A stretch of 64,000 nucleotides of DNA from Scyliorhinus canicula (GCF_902713615.1 NC_052163.1:33490248-33554247); one strand, 5' to 3'. Positions 12,970-26,809 are shown, numbered from the stretch's first letter. Numbers and translations: made by a program. The notes: generated by a model from the letters alone, not told the origin.

Positions 12970-15900
12970 CACCATTTTGTGGCACTCTTTCTACATCCCT
13001 TGATGTTTTTAATATGTAAAAAACTTATCAATCCCAGACTTGAACATACTGAACGACTGAGCCTCCACAGTCCTTTGAGGCAGAGATTCACCACGCTCTT
13101 GAGTGAAGACATTTCTCCTCCTCAGCCCTAAATGGCCTGCCCCTTATGAGATTGTGTCCCCTGGTTCTCGACTTTTTCCCACCCCCAAACCAGGGGAACA
13201 TCCATCCTGCATCTACCCTGTTGAGCCCATAAGAATTTTGTATGTTTGAATGAGATCACCGTTCATTCTTCTAAACTCGAGAGTCTAAAGGCTCAGTGTG
13301 TTTAACTTTTCCTCATAGGGCAATTCTTCCATTCCAGGAAGTCTTGTGAATTCTCTTTGTACTCCTTCATTGTTGCATTCAGATTTAGCGCCATTATGGA
13401 AAAGGACAAAGAACAGGAGTAAAAGTTATAGATTGGAGGAAGACAAATTTTACAAAGCTGAGAAGTAATCTGGTGAAAGTTGACTGGATACAGCTACTTG
13501 AAGAAAAACTGCTGAAAATTCAGTGGGAGGCATTCAAAAGGACGATTCTACAGGCATAGTGTAGACATGGCCCCACCAAGAAAAAGGGTGATACTGCCAA
13601 ATCTAGGGACACCTGGTTATCCAGAAACAAACAGGGTAACAGAGAGCAGAAAAAGAAAGCATATGACAGTCACAAAAATAATACTGTAGAAGGCCCAGAG
13701 GAGTATAAAAAGTATAGAGGTGAAGTACAGTATTAAAAAATATTGGCAGGTAAAATCAAGGCAAACCCAAAGATGTTTTATTCGTACATTAAGAGCAAGT
13801 GGATAACTAAGGAAAGGGGCTCATCAGGGATATACAAGGTAATTTCTGTGCTGATGCTTAATGACTACTTTGTCTCTGTCTTCACAAAGAAGAGGGATGA
13901 TGCAGATATTACAGTTAAAGAGGAGGATTATGAAATACAGTAATAATGACAGAGGAAGTACTGGAGGGATTGGTGTACTTGAAAAGGTGGATAAATCACT
14001 AGAACGGATGGATTGTATCCAACACTGTTAAAAGAAGACAGGAAGGAAATAGTGGATATTCTCAGGATCATTTTGTTCTGTGATGCAGCGGGATATAGGA
14101 GTCGGGAGTGCATGGATTGCAAAAGCTTAGTATGCATTTGCAGTAAGTAATTAGCAAGGCTAATAAAATGTTATCATTTATTGCAAGGGGCATTCAAGAG
14201 TAGGGAGGTTATGCAGGGCATTGGTGAGACCACATCGGGAATACCATGCACAGTATATGTCTCCTTATTTAAGGAAAGATGTAAATAGGTTAGAAGCAGT
14301 TCAGAGAAGATTAACGTGATTAATATCTGGAATGAGCAGATTTCCTTATGAGGAAAGGTTTGAAAGGCTAGTCTTGTATCCACGAGTTTAGAAGAGTAAG
14401 AGGCGACTTGATTGAAACATATAAGATCCTGAGGGGACCTGATATCGTGGATGTGGAAAGGATGTTTTCCTCTTGTTGGAGAGTCTAGAACTAGGGTAAC
14501 TGTTTCAAGTAAGCTGTCACCCATTTAAATCAGAGATGAGAAAAAAAGAACAGGCACTTCAAGTTGAGACACTTTGAATTCTCTACCTCAAAATGTGATT
14601 GAGGCAGAGTCTTTGAATATCTTTAAGCAGAGGTAGATAATTGATTAAGGGGTGAAAGATTATCTGCGGTAGACATGAACATGAAGTTGAAGTAAAAATC
14701 AGATCAGTAATAATCTCATTGAGTGGTGGAGCAGGCTCAATAGACCTGCTCCTAATTCATATGTAAGTACGTCTGTCTGTTCATTTTCCAATCCTCACAA
14801 GGTACAGGTGAGGTCCAAGAGGATTAGAGATCTATGAATGTTGTACCATTATTTAAAAGGAGTGCAAGGACTTCACCAAATAATTCCAGACCGGCCAAAC
14901 TGACTTTAGTGGTGGGCAGTTATTAGAATCAACTCAGAGACAGGACAAACTATCACTTAGAAAGGAACCGATTAATCAGAAATAGCATGCTTTTGTTAGA
15001 AATTTTAACAATTTTAATCAAATTAATCACCAGATATGTGTGAGGTAATGCATCTGGGGAGGGTAAATAAAGCTAGAGAACAATAAATGGGAGAATATTG
15101 AGTGGGGTAGAGGATGTGAGAGACTTTGAGTTCATGTACACTGGTTCCTAAAGGTAGCAAGACAGGTTGATAAGGTGGCTGGACAAGTGGTTAAGGTAGT
15201 AAAGAAAACATGTGGAATGTTTTCCTTTATTGGATGAAATATTGAATGCAAAAGCAGGGATGTAGTGCTGGAACTGTATAAAACGTTGGTTAGGCCACAG
15301 ATGTGTACAGTTCTGACTGCCACATTACAAGAAGGATATAATTGCTCTGGAGAGAGCACAGAGGAGATTCACAAGAATAATGCCTGCGCTTGAAACTTGC
15401 ATCTATGAGGAAAGATTGGATAGACTAGTCTGTTTTCCTTAGAATAGAGAGGCAGAGGAGTGACTTAGTTGAGGTGTACAAGATTATGATAGGCCTGGAT
15501 AGAGTATTCAGGAAAGACCAGTTTTCCCCTAGCCTGGGGGCACAGATTTAAGGTGATTGGTAGAAAGATTAGTGAGTGTTTGGAATTCGTTGCTTGGTTT
15601 GGTAGTGGAGGCAGAAACCCTCAATTCATTTAAAAGGTACTTTAATCTGCACCTGAAGTGTTGTAACCTGCAAGGCTGGTTCTGGAAGGTGGGATTAGAG
15701 TAGGAAGCTAGTTTTTTTCTTTCTTGGCGGGCACAGACATTATGAGCTGAATGGCCTCTTTTCGTGCCATAATGTTTTTGTGTTTCTATGGCAAGTATAT
15801 ATCTTGGGTAAGGACTACAAAACAGCATACAACACTCCAGGTGCAGTCTCGCCAAGTCTCTATTGCAGCAAGACATCTGTAGGAATTGGCTTGTGTTTTC

Positions 15901-16715
15901 AGACAGAAAAAAGACAAAAATATCCATTTTGTTCTGGACCATATGTGTCGGGGAGGAGAAAGGAAATTTCCTGAAGGAATGCTGACGTTTTGATTTGAGA
16001 ACCATTTTTCAATTTTCTCCTCTCCATATTATTTTGCTGGTTTTGTAACAGAGGATGCATCTACCATTGATACCTAGCCTTCCTATTTTAGAATCATTGT
16101 ACAAGTTCCTCTGAATACTGTTTTTGTTTATTGATCTGTGTGAGTTCAACATCGAAACTGGCAATTGAGAAATAACTTTGTAGTACGGATAACTAAAATA
16201 ATTTTATTTTACCAAATCCCTGAAAGATGCTGGGTGCAGAGCTGATTCACCAGGATGTTGCCTGGGATGGAACATTTAAGTCACGAAGAGAGGGTGGATA
16301 GGCTTGTGTTGTTTTCGTTGGAGCAGGTAAGACTGAGGGACAACCTGATCGAGGTGTACAAGATTATGAGGAGAACGGTCAGGGTGGATAGGGAGTAGCT
16401 GTACCCCTTATTTGAAAGGTCAGTTATGAGGGGACACAAATTTAAGATGAGGGATAGGAGGTATAGGGGGGATTTGTGGAAAAGCTTTTTTACCCCGAGG
16501 ATGGTGATGGTCTGGAATGCACTGCCTGGGAGGGTGGTAGAGGCTGGTTGCCTCACATCCTTTAAAAAGGATAAGCACAGAGGTATATGAACATCATATA
16601 CCTAATTCCATTTGCCAAGTGCTGGCAAATGGGATTACGTAAGGAGGTCAGGTGTTTTTCGTGCATCGGTGCAAACTCGATGGGCCGAAGGATCTCTCCT
16701 GCACAATATTATGTG
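12970..16715. mobile_element. Cluster of degenerate CR1 LINE fragments (mostly +, one - at ~12970-13370)
   Basis: Remnants KANPKMFYSYIKSK and LNDYFVSVFTK; three CR1 ORF2 3' ends with CR1 tails. Confidence 0.8.
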
Positions 16716-17199
16716 ATTCAATACTGAATAACACATTTCTGCAACAGATCAATTCATAAGGCAATTCCGCAACATTTCATATCAGGAATACATACAAAAA
16801 AAATCACATGTCTGGCCGTGTAATCTGACTTTTATTTCCGTAACAAAATTCCAGCCAGTTTTACAAATGAAAATAAAATTGTATTGAATTACATTGTGAA
16901 TCATTCAGGATTCCTTTACTATTATTTAAAATGTGTTTAGATACAAAGAGATAATACAATCCCAACTGGACATCATCTACATTTTGTTTATTTGTGATTT
17001 TAAAACTTTGCATAATTAATTCCATGAATATTTTTAAAAGGTTAAACAATCTACAAGAAACCAGAATTGGGGAATGAATCATTGAATACTACCCCACAGA
17101 AGGGGGTCATTCAACCCATCGAATCTGCACCAACTCTTTCGAAGAGCATTTCAGTTAGTCCCACTCCCCAGTTCTTTCCCCATGTCCCTGCTATTTTTC

Positions 17200-17780
17200 T
17201 TTCTATTTATTGGATTGAAATCTCTGCTTATGTTTCTGGTAGGTTTCCGAATGCCATGTCTGAACCTCTCCAATCTGGTTTCTGACATTGCCCCAGCACA
17301 TAAATAAATGGCTCTAATCAAAGCCAGAAATTACGTCCTCAATGACTGCACAATTCCTCTTGACCTACCTGCAGTCTTTCACAATGTTGACCATACTGTT
17401 TCTCCTTCAATATCTCTCCTCCATTTCTCAGTGGTGGGACTTCTCTCACCTGATTCCTAGCTTAACTTTCCAGCTGGAGCCAGTTAATCACCTGCTTTAT
17501 TTTCTGTTTTTGCAGTTATTTATGGAGACCACTGACTCTGTTGCCTAGCCACTGATTCCATCTGTATTTCTGTAACTTACCCCAGCTCCACAATTCTCTG
17601 GAAATTCTATTTCACCAAATTTGGCTTCTTGTGCATTCCCACTTCTCTGGCCCTCATTGGCAGCTGTTCCTTCAACTGTCTCGGCCATAAGCTCTGGGAC
17701 TTCTATCACAAACATCTCTGCTCTCGAAAACGCTGCTTAAAACTCAGTTCTTCGACCAAATGTTTGATCACCAGGTCTAA
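17200..17780 (+). mobile_element. Degenerate L2-type LINE fragment
   Basis: CTCTTGACCTACCTGCAGTCTTTCACAATGTTGACCAT corresponds to a decayed LLDLSAAFDTVDH motif. Confidence 0.55.
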
Positions 17781-18502
17781 GCGCGAATCTTCCATTCAGA
17801 GTCTGAACCACTATACCTGACCCTGATCAGACAAAAAAAAAATCCAGTTATCGTCCTTTGATATTTCAGGGCAATCTTCCGATGGAGGATCTTGCAGAAC
17901 TCATATTCACTGCAGGAATCCTCCGAGGGAGCAGTGGAGAGAATTTGCAAAAACCAGAATTTTTTACAGCACTAGAGATCCTGTATTCTGCAAGTAAATT
18001 ATTTAAATGGGCCAAAGTTTATTTGAAAAGCTACAGAGGGGGTAAATGTGGCAGATGGGTAGGGTGGAGGTTAGGGTGAGTGAGGCGTTGGAACAGGTGG
18101 AGTAGGGCGGGCCAGTCAGGTCGGGACGAGTGGTCTTGAGTGTCAGGTGATGGGGTCTGGTTAGGTCTGGTCGAGGGGTCACTTAGTGATTGGGAGTGGG
18201 TCCAACTGTATAGTTATCCAGGTGATATAGACTAGGATTTCTATCTAATGTTTCTTGGGCAATTGCCCAGGTAAGTAAGTTGGAACTGTCTGAAGTCTCC
18301 CACTAACACGGAGTTGGAGACTTTTGGTGGGTCCCAGCGAAGTTCAAACCTACTGGGCGATCCCACGGTGGCACATCTTCCAAGGTACATTTGGTTTCCA
18401 ACCATCAGATGATTGGAAGATCTGGATCCTAATGCTTTCCTAAATGAAAACAAAATGTTGCAAATACTCAACTTGTCAGGGAGTACCTGTGGAGAGAGAA
18501 AA

Positions 18503-18720
18503 CGTTTTTTTAAATTGAAAAAAAAGAAATTTGAGTACCCAGTTCTTTTATTTCCAATTAAGGGACATTTATCGTGGCCAATCCACTACTGTGCCCATCT
18601 TTGGGTTGTGGGGGTGAGGTTCATTCAGACTGCACACGGACAGTGACCGTGACATGGACAGTGACTGGGATTGAACCCGGGTCCTCGGCGCCATGAGGCA
18701 GCAGTGCTAACGCCACCCCT
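18503..18720 (-). mobile_element. V-SINE inserted into a Penelope-end remnant, 9-bp TSD GAGAGAAAA
   Basis: TSD at 18494-18502 and 18721-18729. Confidence 0.85.
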
Positions 18721-18879
18721 GAGAGAAAAAGTTAACATTATAAGTTGATGATCTTCAATCAAAATGTTTTTTTTCTTTGGGCTGTCCATTTTTGCCTTGT
18801 AATGTTCCTGTGAAATGTGTTGGTATGTTGTACCATGTTAAGGACACTGTATAAATGCAAGTTATTGTTGCTTCTTCAG

Positions 18880-18984
18880 GTATTGGATCCTCAATATGGT
18901 ATGTACATATGGCCATGTGCTGTGGTTTTGGCACAATACGTGTGGTTTTATAGAAACACCATAAGAGGAAAGACCATTTTAGAG
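18880..18984 (+). CDS. METTL23: METTL23 coding exon 2
   Basis: Acceptor CTTCAG|GTA; VLDPQYGMYIWPCAVVLAQYVWFYRNTIRGKTILE; donor GAG|GTAAA. Confidence 0.95.
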
Positions 18985-19402
18985 GTAAAATAAATTAACT
19001 TGATTCTGAATTGCATACACAGGCAGAAATAATTAGAAACATTTGGAATAAATTAGGGTATATTTGTTAGACAATCCAAGATGTGTTTTGCTCTGTAAAA
19101 GGATAAGTGTGCCCTCTGCTGATCAAGACTGAAAGTCCTTTTAATAAAAATTAGGTTTCACATTTCTAAAAAGTTACCAGTTTCCCAAAAAGAGTAACAT
19201 CAAGTATTACCCGTTGGTATTTTTTAGAAGTATGCCAGCTGAATTTTTGAAACATCTTTATATTACACTCAAGCAAGGTTGCATCAGAATAAAAAGATAT
19301 AATACGTTTAAATCCTAGAAAATGTAATATCTTATTGTTTTCAAATTGTTGCACACTATATGTCAATAGGGAATGGTGCAGGAATTAATTTTATATTTTC
19401 AG

Positions 19403-19640
19403 ATTGGAGCTGGTGCCAGCCTACCTGGTATAGTGGCAGCAAAATGTGCCGCGAGAGTGATTTTATCGGATGGCGCAGAGACTCAGAATTGCTTGGATAA
19501 TTGCCGCTTAAATTGCCAGATTAATAACCTTGAGGATGTGCCTGTCGTCGGTTTAACCTGGGGACAAATATCTCCTGATCTAGTGCTGTTACCACAGATA
19601 GACATCGTTTTGGGGTCTGATGTCTTTTATGAGCCGAAAG
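19403..19640 (+). CDS. METTL23: METTL23 coding exon 3 (SAM-binding motif I, DVFY motif)
   Basis: Acceptor TTTTCAG|ATT; IGAGASLPGIVAAKC...GLTWG...IVLGSDVFYEPK; donor AAG|GTAAAG; 238 nt. Confidence 0.96.
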
Positions 19641-20974
19641 GTAAAGATTTGAATTTTGCAAAACTAATTCTGTGTTTCTGCTTGTTTTTATATTTTTTTA
19701 CTGAATCATTTTCACTGCTTGAAACCTAGGTGTTCAGTAGCATGATGGAGCATTGTTAATTTCAATAGGAAGTATTCAATAGGAATAGTTAATTTCAATG
19801 AAGTTTCTACTTCATGGTTAACTGGTACTAATGACTGCTGGACTGATCACCGCTTTATCCAATCTACCATCTCCACCAGCCTGGCAACAGCAGAGGCAAC
19901 AGAAGCAATGCAGGAAGATTACCTTGAATGGTCTCAAAGATCCAACCAAGGTGGCTCTTCTAAGGAAGCACCTCATTGTCAACCTCCAGTGACCAGGAAC
20001 CACAATATGTCCATATTGCCTGGTTGATCTTAATGTCTATAACAAGCACCTGTGATTGTGACTTTATTCAAGATCGGATCAGTTTGATGGCAGAACACAA
20101 ACAACCGAGCTATTCAAGTATCACTTGCTCAACGTATGGTAGAGTCCGCAGGTCACACACTAGTCAGCCATGATTGAATGGTGGAGCAGACCTGATGGGC
20201 CAAGTGGCCTAATTCTGCTCCTGTCTTATCATCTTATAAGCCATTTCAGGACCTATCGATCTGCAGTGGAAGCAACTCATCCTTGATCTCGAGGGACTGC
20301 TCGGATTTAACCTGGGTGGAAGATGCCCCTGCTACATGTGCTGCCTGGCAACTTTCGAGACCGTGACAGGACTGTGGGGTTCTTTTGTTGAGCCCCCTGT
20401 GCCCGACAGAGGCTCTCCACTTCTCTCCCATCTGCCCTGTATTCCCCAGCCCCTTGCTCCCATGTTTGATTCCCCCCTACCCCGATCTCGCACCGATTCG
20501 ATTGATGATTGCTGCTTCGGATTGGGTTGTCCCAGTAGTGGCTGCTGCTCATGGTGGCTGTGCTGGGAACTAAGAGCTGCCGGCCTTTTGATTGGTCTCC
20601 AGCTCTCTTGAGGTTCCTCCTCAGATTGGGGTAAAAGTTTCACCGAGCCAATTAACTGTTAAATGGCTACAGGGTGAGCCAGTAGAGCAGAGTGGTCTCA
20701 CAATTGACCTGTACATCATACGGTCCAGCCCATGGGGCTGAGAACAGAAAAAAAAAGTATAATGGACAGCATTGGAAATCATCATGCTAGACAGCAATAG
20801 GAAACATTTCAAATATTCCAGAGTCCAGGAAAATTATTTCCTGTATTTTGCAGAACATAACACTAATGCGTCATCGTGACCGAATAAAGCCATAAGGGGA
20901 AATTTGATGATAAGGAAAGGGAGAAAGCAGGGAGAATATAAGGAAACCAGTAAAGTTTTTTAAAATTCTAGAAA

Positions 20975-21445
20975 GGCACGTGGTTTGCACTGCTGCTCCT
21001 GGTGTCGAGGACCCGGGTTTGATCCTGGCCCCGGGTCACTGTCCATGTGGAATTTGCACTCTCCCCGTGTCTGCGTGGGTCTCACCCCCACAACCTAAAG
21101 ATGTGCAGGGTAGGTGGATTGGCCATACCCTTTTATTAAAAAACATATACATGGCCAAACGGTACAAACACTAATTTTGTGTTGGAGAAACAGGCTACTC
21201 TCCCTCAGTACCAATGTACGGGGGGGGGGGGGGGGGGGGGAGGATACTCTCTGATTATTAAAGTTCACAACACATATGTACTAAAAAAACAAACAGTACA
21301 CTCACTAAACATTGCGCTGGAGAGACCAGGTCCCCGTGCCTCTGTACCAACAGAAGGGAAAGGAAGGTGGGTGGTGGGAAGAAAGGCAACACTAAATTGC
21401 CCCTTAATTGGAAAAAAAATAATTGGCGCTCAATTTTTTAAAAAA
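20975..21445 (+). mobile_element. V-SINE interrupted by a ~260-bp antisense insertion
   Basis: SINE breaks after GGATTGGCCA (~21125) and resumes at ACACTAAATTGCCCC (~21389). Confidence 0.75.
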
Positions 21446-22277
21446 GTAATGCGAAGGGGACCAATAAAATTTAATTCTCAAGAATTACAAAACAAAATAG
21501 TAAATATTCTACAGGTACACAAAAAGAAAGTTGGGATGAGAGTTGGCCACTAATGGATGATCTCGGAAACTCAGACAGCAATAGTAAAATGGCAGAAAGT
21601 TAGTTTGCTTCAATACTTACTAGGAAGATTGATCCGGTTTACATCACACAGAAGGCGAGATTAGAAATGATATAAATGCATTCAAATTGAGAAATATTGA
21701 ATAAACCAATGAAATTCAAAGAGGACCAAACTCCTGCTGTAATTATATAGTGTTTAATTGGATGCAGGTCATGGGAATTAGGTGAGTATTTGAGTCCCCT
21801 ATAAATAGACGAGTAAAACTCTCAGGATTTTTCTGTTGTCCTAAAGATATGAAAATTGGAATAAATTCATTCAACATAAACTGGTGGTTGAACAAGTGAT
21901 ATTCTTGGTCTCCATGGCACAACAACTCATGCCAACAAGCTGAGGAACTGCGAGTACAAAAGTAAAATACCGTGAATGCTTCAAATCTGATATAGAAACA
22001 GAAAATACTCATCAGGTTTGGCAGCATATGACAGATGAAAGGCTATTGACCTGAAACTTTCCATTGATGCTGCCAAATCTGCTGAATAATAATTGGAATA
22101 GATTGGAGTGGTGAGCATTATCACCTTTAGTATTTTTGCTTTTACATCTTTTCCCCCATGAAATATAATTAAATTTGCCATCAAATCCAATGTGAGACTG
22201 CACCTTATTCTTGTATGTATTCAGCATCCCTGAATGGGAAATAGATGTTTTAAGTGTCCTCTTTAATTTTATTTCAG

Positions 22278-22362
22278 ACTTCGAGGATATATTAATAACC
22301 ATTTTTTACCTCATGCAAAAAAATCCACATGTGCTTTTCTGGACCACATATCAGGAGCGGAG
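22278..22362 (+). CDS. METTL23: METTL23 coding exon 4
   Basis: Acceptor TTTCAG|AC; DFEDILITIFYLMQKNPHVLFWTTYQERS; donor AG|GTGAG; 85 nt. Confidence 0.95.
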
Positions 22363-23488
22363 GTGAGATATTGATTAGTGTAAGCACTTGAACAATATTT
22401 TTAATGCTTGTATGTATGAGTGCAGCTAAGCTTGACACCACCCAGGACAAAGTAGTCCTTAGAATGACACCCCATCTGCCACCTTAAACATATCCCTCCA
22501 CTGCCAATGCACAGAAGCAAAAAGCACTGCAGCAACTCACCAAAGCTCCTCAACAGCATCTTCCAAACCCATGACCTTTACCACCAAGAAGTAAAAGGGC
22601 AGCAGATGCATGTTACACCTGCAAGTTCCCCTCCAAGCCACACATCATCCTGATTTGGAACTATAACTGTTCCTTCAATGTTCCTTGGTCGAAATTATGC
22701 AACTGCCTAATACCACATGGACTGCAGTGGTTCAATAATGCAGCTTCCTACTACTTTATGGGCAATTAGGAATGGGCAATGAATTCTGGCCTTACCCATG
22801 ATACCCACGAATGAATAAAACCAAAACAACTTGGTATGTTTGACTGAAAACATTATTCCCAAGTATATGTTTATTCCAACGTAATTAAATAGCTTCATGA
22901 TTCATGCAGTTGATACTTGCCAGTCTTGCCTGGCATTAATTCATTCTTCCCTTTGTGTGCTAATTCCATTGTTCATTTTCAGCTCATCTGTCAGAGGGAA
23001 ATGTTGGCTTTCTGTCTGGCTGTGGCTTAAACGTAACCAGCTTCATAACATATCATTTATCAACTCTATGTTGGAGATCTAACCCCCAAGAACTTATTTT
23101 TACACATTTCTTTATCCTTGGGCCATATCAAAATATTTAACAAAAATCAAGTACTTTTGAAGTGCAGTACTTGCTCACTGTTGTAAGGTAAGCAACAATG
23201 ATAGCCAATTTTCTCAAATAAGTTTAAAACCAAAATATTGTTATGTGATATCTCCCCCCACCCCGTAGATCTATTTCTTTGAAATTCACAATTTTACCAT
23301 GCACGATAAGTAAATATTAAAGATTCAGTAATATAAAGATCTGTGTGAAATTAAAATATGGTAAATGTAAGAGAACATATGATTTGTTCCAACAAGCTGA
23401 AATGTTCCGTAGGTCGACTGCATTTATAGTTTAACAGAACTCGTTGGATTGTTGTAATTTTATTGTAATTTCTAAATTTCTCTTCCAG

Positions 23489-23669
23489 TGCTGACTGGTC
23501 AATTGAAGCATTGCTCCACAAGTGGAATTTAAAGTGTGTTCACATTCCACTCAAAACGTTTAATGCTAACGAACAACATCTTGCTGGATCCAGCCTACCT
23601 GGACGTCACACTGTTCACATGATGGTTATCACCTTAAGGACTAGTATTCCTTCAGCAACAAACAGCTAA
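23489..23669 (+). CDS. METTL23: METTL23 coding exon 5 (terminal)
   Basis: Acceptor TTCCAG|T; ADWSIEALLHKWNLKCVHIPL...LPGRHTVHMMVITL...NS*; TAA at 23667-23669. Confidence 0.95.
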
Positions 23670-24101
23670 TTCAGTAGCAAGGGCAACTGTTTTCATTGCA
23701 GTTTTAAAAAAAACATGTTTATAATCTCCACTGCTATCATCTTTCCATTCAGAACCAATGATACATGCACGGAATATTTCTGAAGGAAACTGTCTAAATA
23801 TCCCAGTTAGACACCATAAGTGGAATATCTGTTGTAGAAACATTTCGTTGAAGTATAGTTCTGCTGAAAGGATGCATCTGGCATGGAAGATACAGGAATA
23901 TAAATGTGAGATGCAAGATACTTTATAAACTACATTAATTGGCTTTACAACCAATATTTCCTTAGAAATAGTATCCCTATTCATGTTAAATCACGAGTAT
24001 ATGATTCAAAATCATTGCTCCATATTTATGTATTTCTTTATGCCCAGTGTTGTGCATTTTATATTACAGCCTAATCTTAATTCAGTTTAAGAATCATAAA
24101 T

Positions 24102-24107
24102 AATAAA
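24102..24107 (+). terminator. METTL23: Candidate METTL23 polyadenylation signal
   Basis: AATAAA ~430 nt downstream of the stop codon in AT-rich 3' UTR. Confidence 0.5.
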
Positions 24108-24559
24108 AAGAAACCCTTTGGGATACAAGTGGCTTCCAATTCCTGCACCTACTTCACCTCTGAATTCAAGCGTAAAGTTTTTTCCCCCGATGCAAGACAG
24201 TAATTTCTCTGTCCAGCTACAAGAAACGATCTTATTGAAAGAGTTACCTTTGAATGGTTTAAAAGTCCACCCACTCCTTGTGCTGAGTACTTTATTTCAC
24301 TCAAGTGGAGTATTTCTGAACCTATTCCTATTCTGTGAGTACTCGTTATATAATTACAGGATTTCATTGGGCAGGTTCAATGTGCTACTCGATATTTAAC
24401 AAAACTGGCCAGCAGAAGCTCATTTTGACTTGGTTGTGGTTTGTCATCAGTCTTGGCACTTGCTCCATTCCACAGAGTAACTTCTGTTACTTGCGAGTTC
24501 CGAGGTTAGTGTGGAATCCAGTTTGTTCTAAGCACATTCATTCCCAGGGTAAATGCGCA

Positions 24560-25045
24560 GAGACTTCCAGTGGTGGCCATGATGTGAGTGGTTGTCCTGC
24601 TTGCAGGCAAAAGAAAAAGAGCTCTTTTTACCAGATATTGGGTGTAATTTTGATGAAAAGGTGCAGTTGAAGGTTGGAGTAGTAGTTTCACTGGCTGTCA
24701 AACCCGGCAGAAGATGATGAGAAATCTGGCCAAAGAGTTGGAGGAAATCTGCGGTGCAGCAGCCGGTGTAAGGATTGCATGGGGAAGGGCTCGGTGCGAG
24801 GTGGAAAGCCCCTGATGAAGCAGTTGATGGCTTTTATTAAGGAGGAATTCTACCAGCAGAGAAAGGAAATGCGAGAGGATCGCTCAAAGGTCATTGAAGA
24901 AGCTGTGGCAACACGGAAGAGTTTGATGGAACGGGTGAAGAAGTGCTCGGAGGTGGAGGGGTCACACTTCTGAGAGATCGAAGGAGTGCTCTTGGACCAC
25001 AGCGATCGTGCGGTGGCAATGGAGGCAGGCATGGTGCTCTTACCA
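24560..25045 (+). mobile_element. L1/Tx1-like LINE 5' UTR/ORF1 fragment
   Basis: Coiled-coil-like remnant QLMAFIKEEFYQQRKEMREDRSKVIEEAV; GC-richer than the flanks. Confidence 0.55.
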
Positions 25046-26647
25046 ACTTGTTTTCTCACCAACTTGACAGCAATAATACCTGGGATCACACGAGTCAAAC
25101 AAAAGTTGTGTTCCATGTCTCCCTGTGGAGCCAAGACTGGCAGCTTAGTTCCCCAGTTATGACAAGCTATCTCTGCCCAAAGCTCTCCATTCGGTTCCGA
25201 AACCCTATCCTACTCATATTCATCTGTATCCACCTACCCAAATTTCTGCGCTTGCCCATTTGACACCTCTAGCTAATATCAGGCAGGCAATTACTTGATT
25301 GGCAGTTTGCAGGCAAGGCCGCAGATATAACAGTCCCTGAGCCTCCCACTGCTAAGGTCTGGAAAGAAAGTTTGGTGTTTTTATTGCCAAACTACTTTTA
25401 ATTCCACTTCTAGTTAAAATCAGGACTATTTCAATATACTGTAACCACAGTAGCAAATTGAGAGAGAACATTAACACTTTGTCTCAGTTAAAGAGCAGAG
25501 CCAGAAGATTTTGGTTTCAGCTTTTACAATGTTAAATTGTAAAACGTATTGTATGATACAGATGACTATACAAGTGTGTACTCTAAATCTAGCAAACAAC
25601 GCTACTGGTACAATAGCTACAACTTAACAGGAGCAAATTTGTGCTAGAAGGCAATTATAAATTATGAGCAATTTGCAGGCCAATTATTTCTCAGTCACGG
25701 GCAAGAATATCAACAGAATTATCATTCGGTGTATCTGATAACACTAGTCAAGGAGATGCTCCACATTTGATCCATCACCTATGACCCTGCCCAGCCATTA
25801 AGAGAAACTCCAACTGCCAGAAATGAGAGTCTCAAACAACTGCTTATGCAATTGTTTTATTCCCAGTGCATTATAGCAGTCGATGTGCAATATAAGCACG
25901 GTAGGATCCATTGTACGAAGAACTCTATTATTCATCATATGCAATGCAGTCCCTGAGCCTCCCACTGCTAAGGTCTGGAAAGAAAGTTTACAATAATTTA
26001 CAATGCAGCATTGCTCGTTTGTAATTTTCCTTTCGGGGGAAATAGAATCAAATACAATTGTTCCAGGTTATAGGCAGAGCTACTCTCTCCAGGGTGCATT
26101 AAATGGTCTGCTTAACAATGTGGTAAATTTTGATTTCCGACTGAAATCTGATAGCGTTCTATATTAGACATGTGAATTTTGTGTCTGTAGTCTAAACACA
26201 ATTCCAAGGGAAATCAGATACAGTTTATAAATTAGAACTAAATAGATAATTTCCCAGTGCAGCAGAAATCAACAAATGCAAATATTCAAGAAATAAAGCT
26301 GGGTTTTTATAAATCAAAATTAACGGTGAGGGCTTTGGGCCATATTTCCAGCACAACACTGGATCCATTCATGCAGTTGCTACAAAATAAGTTAAGATTG
26401 TCAAATTTAAGCGTTACCAAAAAGATCCAATTATTTTCAGAGCAGGCAAAAATGTTTTCATTTTAGAGATCTTATTTTAAAGCACAGATTAAACTATAAA
26501 TTACCAAACTTATAAAAAATTAAGGACACCAAAGATCCCCAGCTGTTCAATCACGCAACCACACATGTACAATGTCAATATCCCACGATTATGCTTAAAA
26601 AATGTTTTCTAAATAGTAGTCATACAGAATTAACACAGAAAAAAATC

Positions 26648-26653
26648 TTTAAT
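26648..26653 (-). terminator. SRSF2: SRSF2 polyadenylation signal (ATTAAA variant)
   Basis: Context TTTCTGTAATTAATTAAAGATTTTTTTCTGTGTT, similar to the recalled human SRSF2 3' end. Confidence 0.65.
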
Positions 26654-26809
26654 TAATTACAGAAATACAAGTTGTACAGGATTTTATGTACTGAAACAAA
26701 TAAAACTGTTAATTACAATCAATTAAAAAATTAACAGCATTCTAAACAGTATTCCACGTGTAAATGGATAAACCACATACCAAGTACAAAAACAAGGTAG
26801 CTAAAGGTG

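Larger units (their letters stand above)
11822..23669 (+). other. METTL23: METTL23 gene span, CDS join(11822..11920,18880..18984,19403..19640,22278..22362,23489..23669), 235 aa
   Basis: Five exons sum to 708 nt and read open from ATG to TAA; seven-beta-strand methyltransferase motifs present. Confidence 0.93.

Noticed and set aside
17781-18430. Possible MITE with weak inverted ends (similar case at ~4265-4701)
   Set aside because: Termini too degenerate to define boundaries or a TSD
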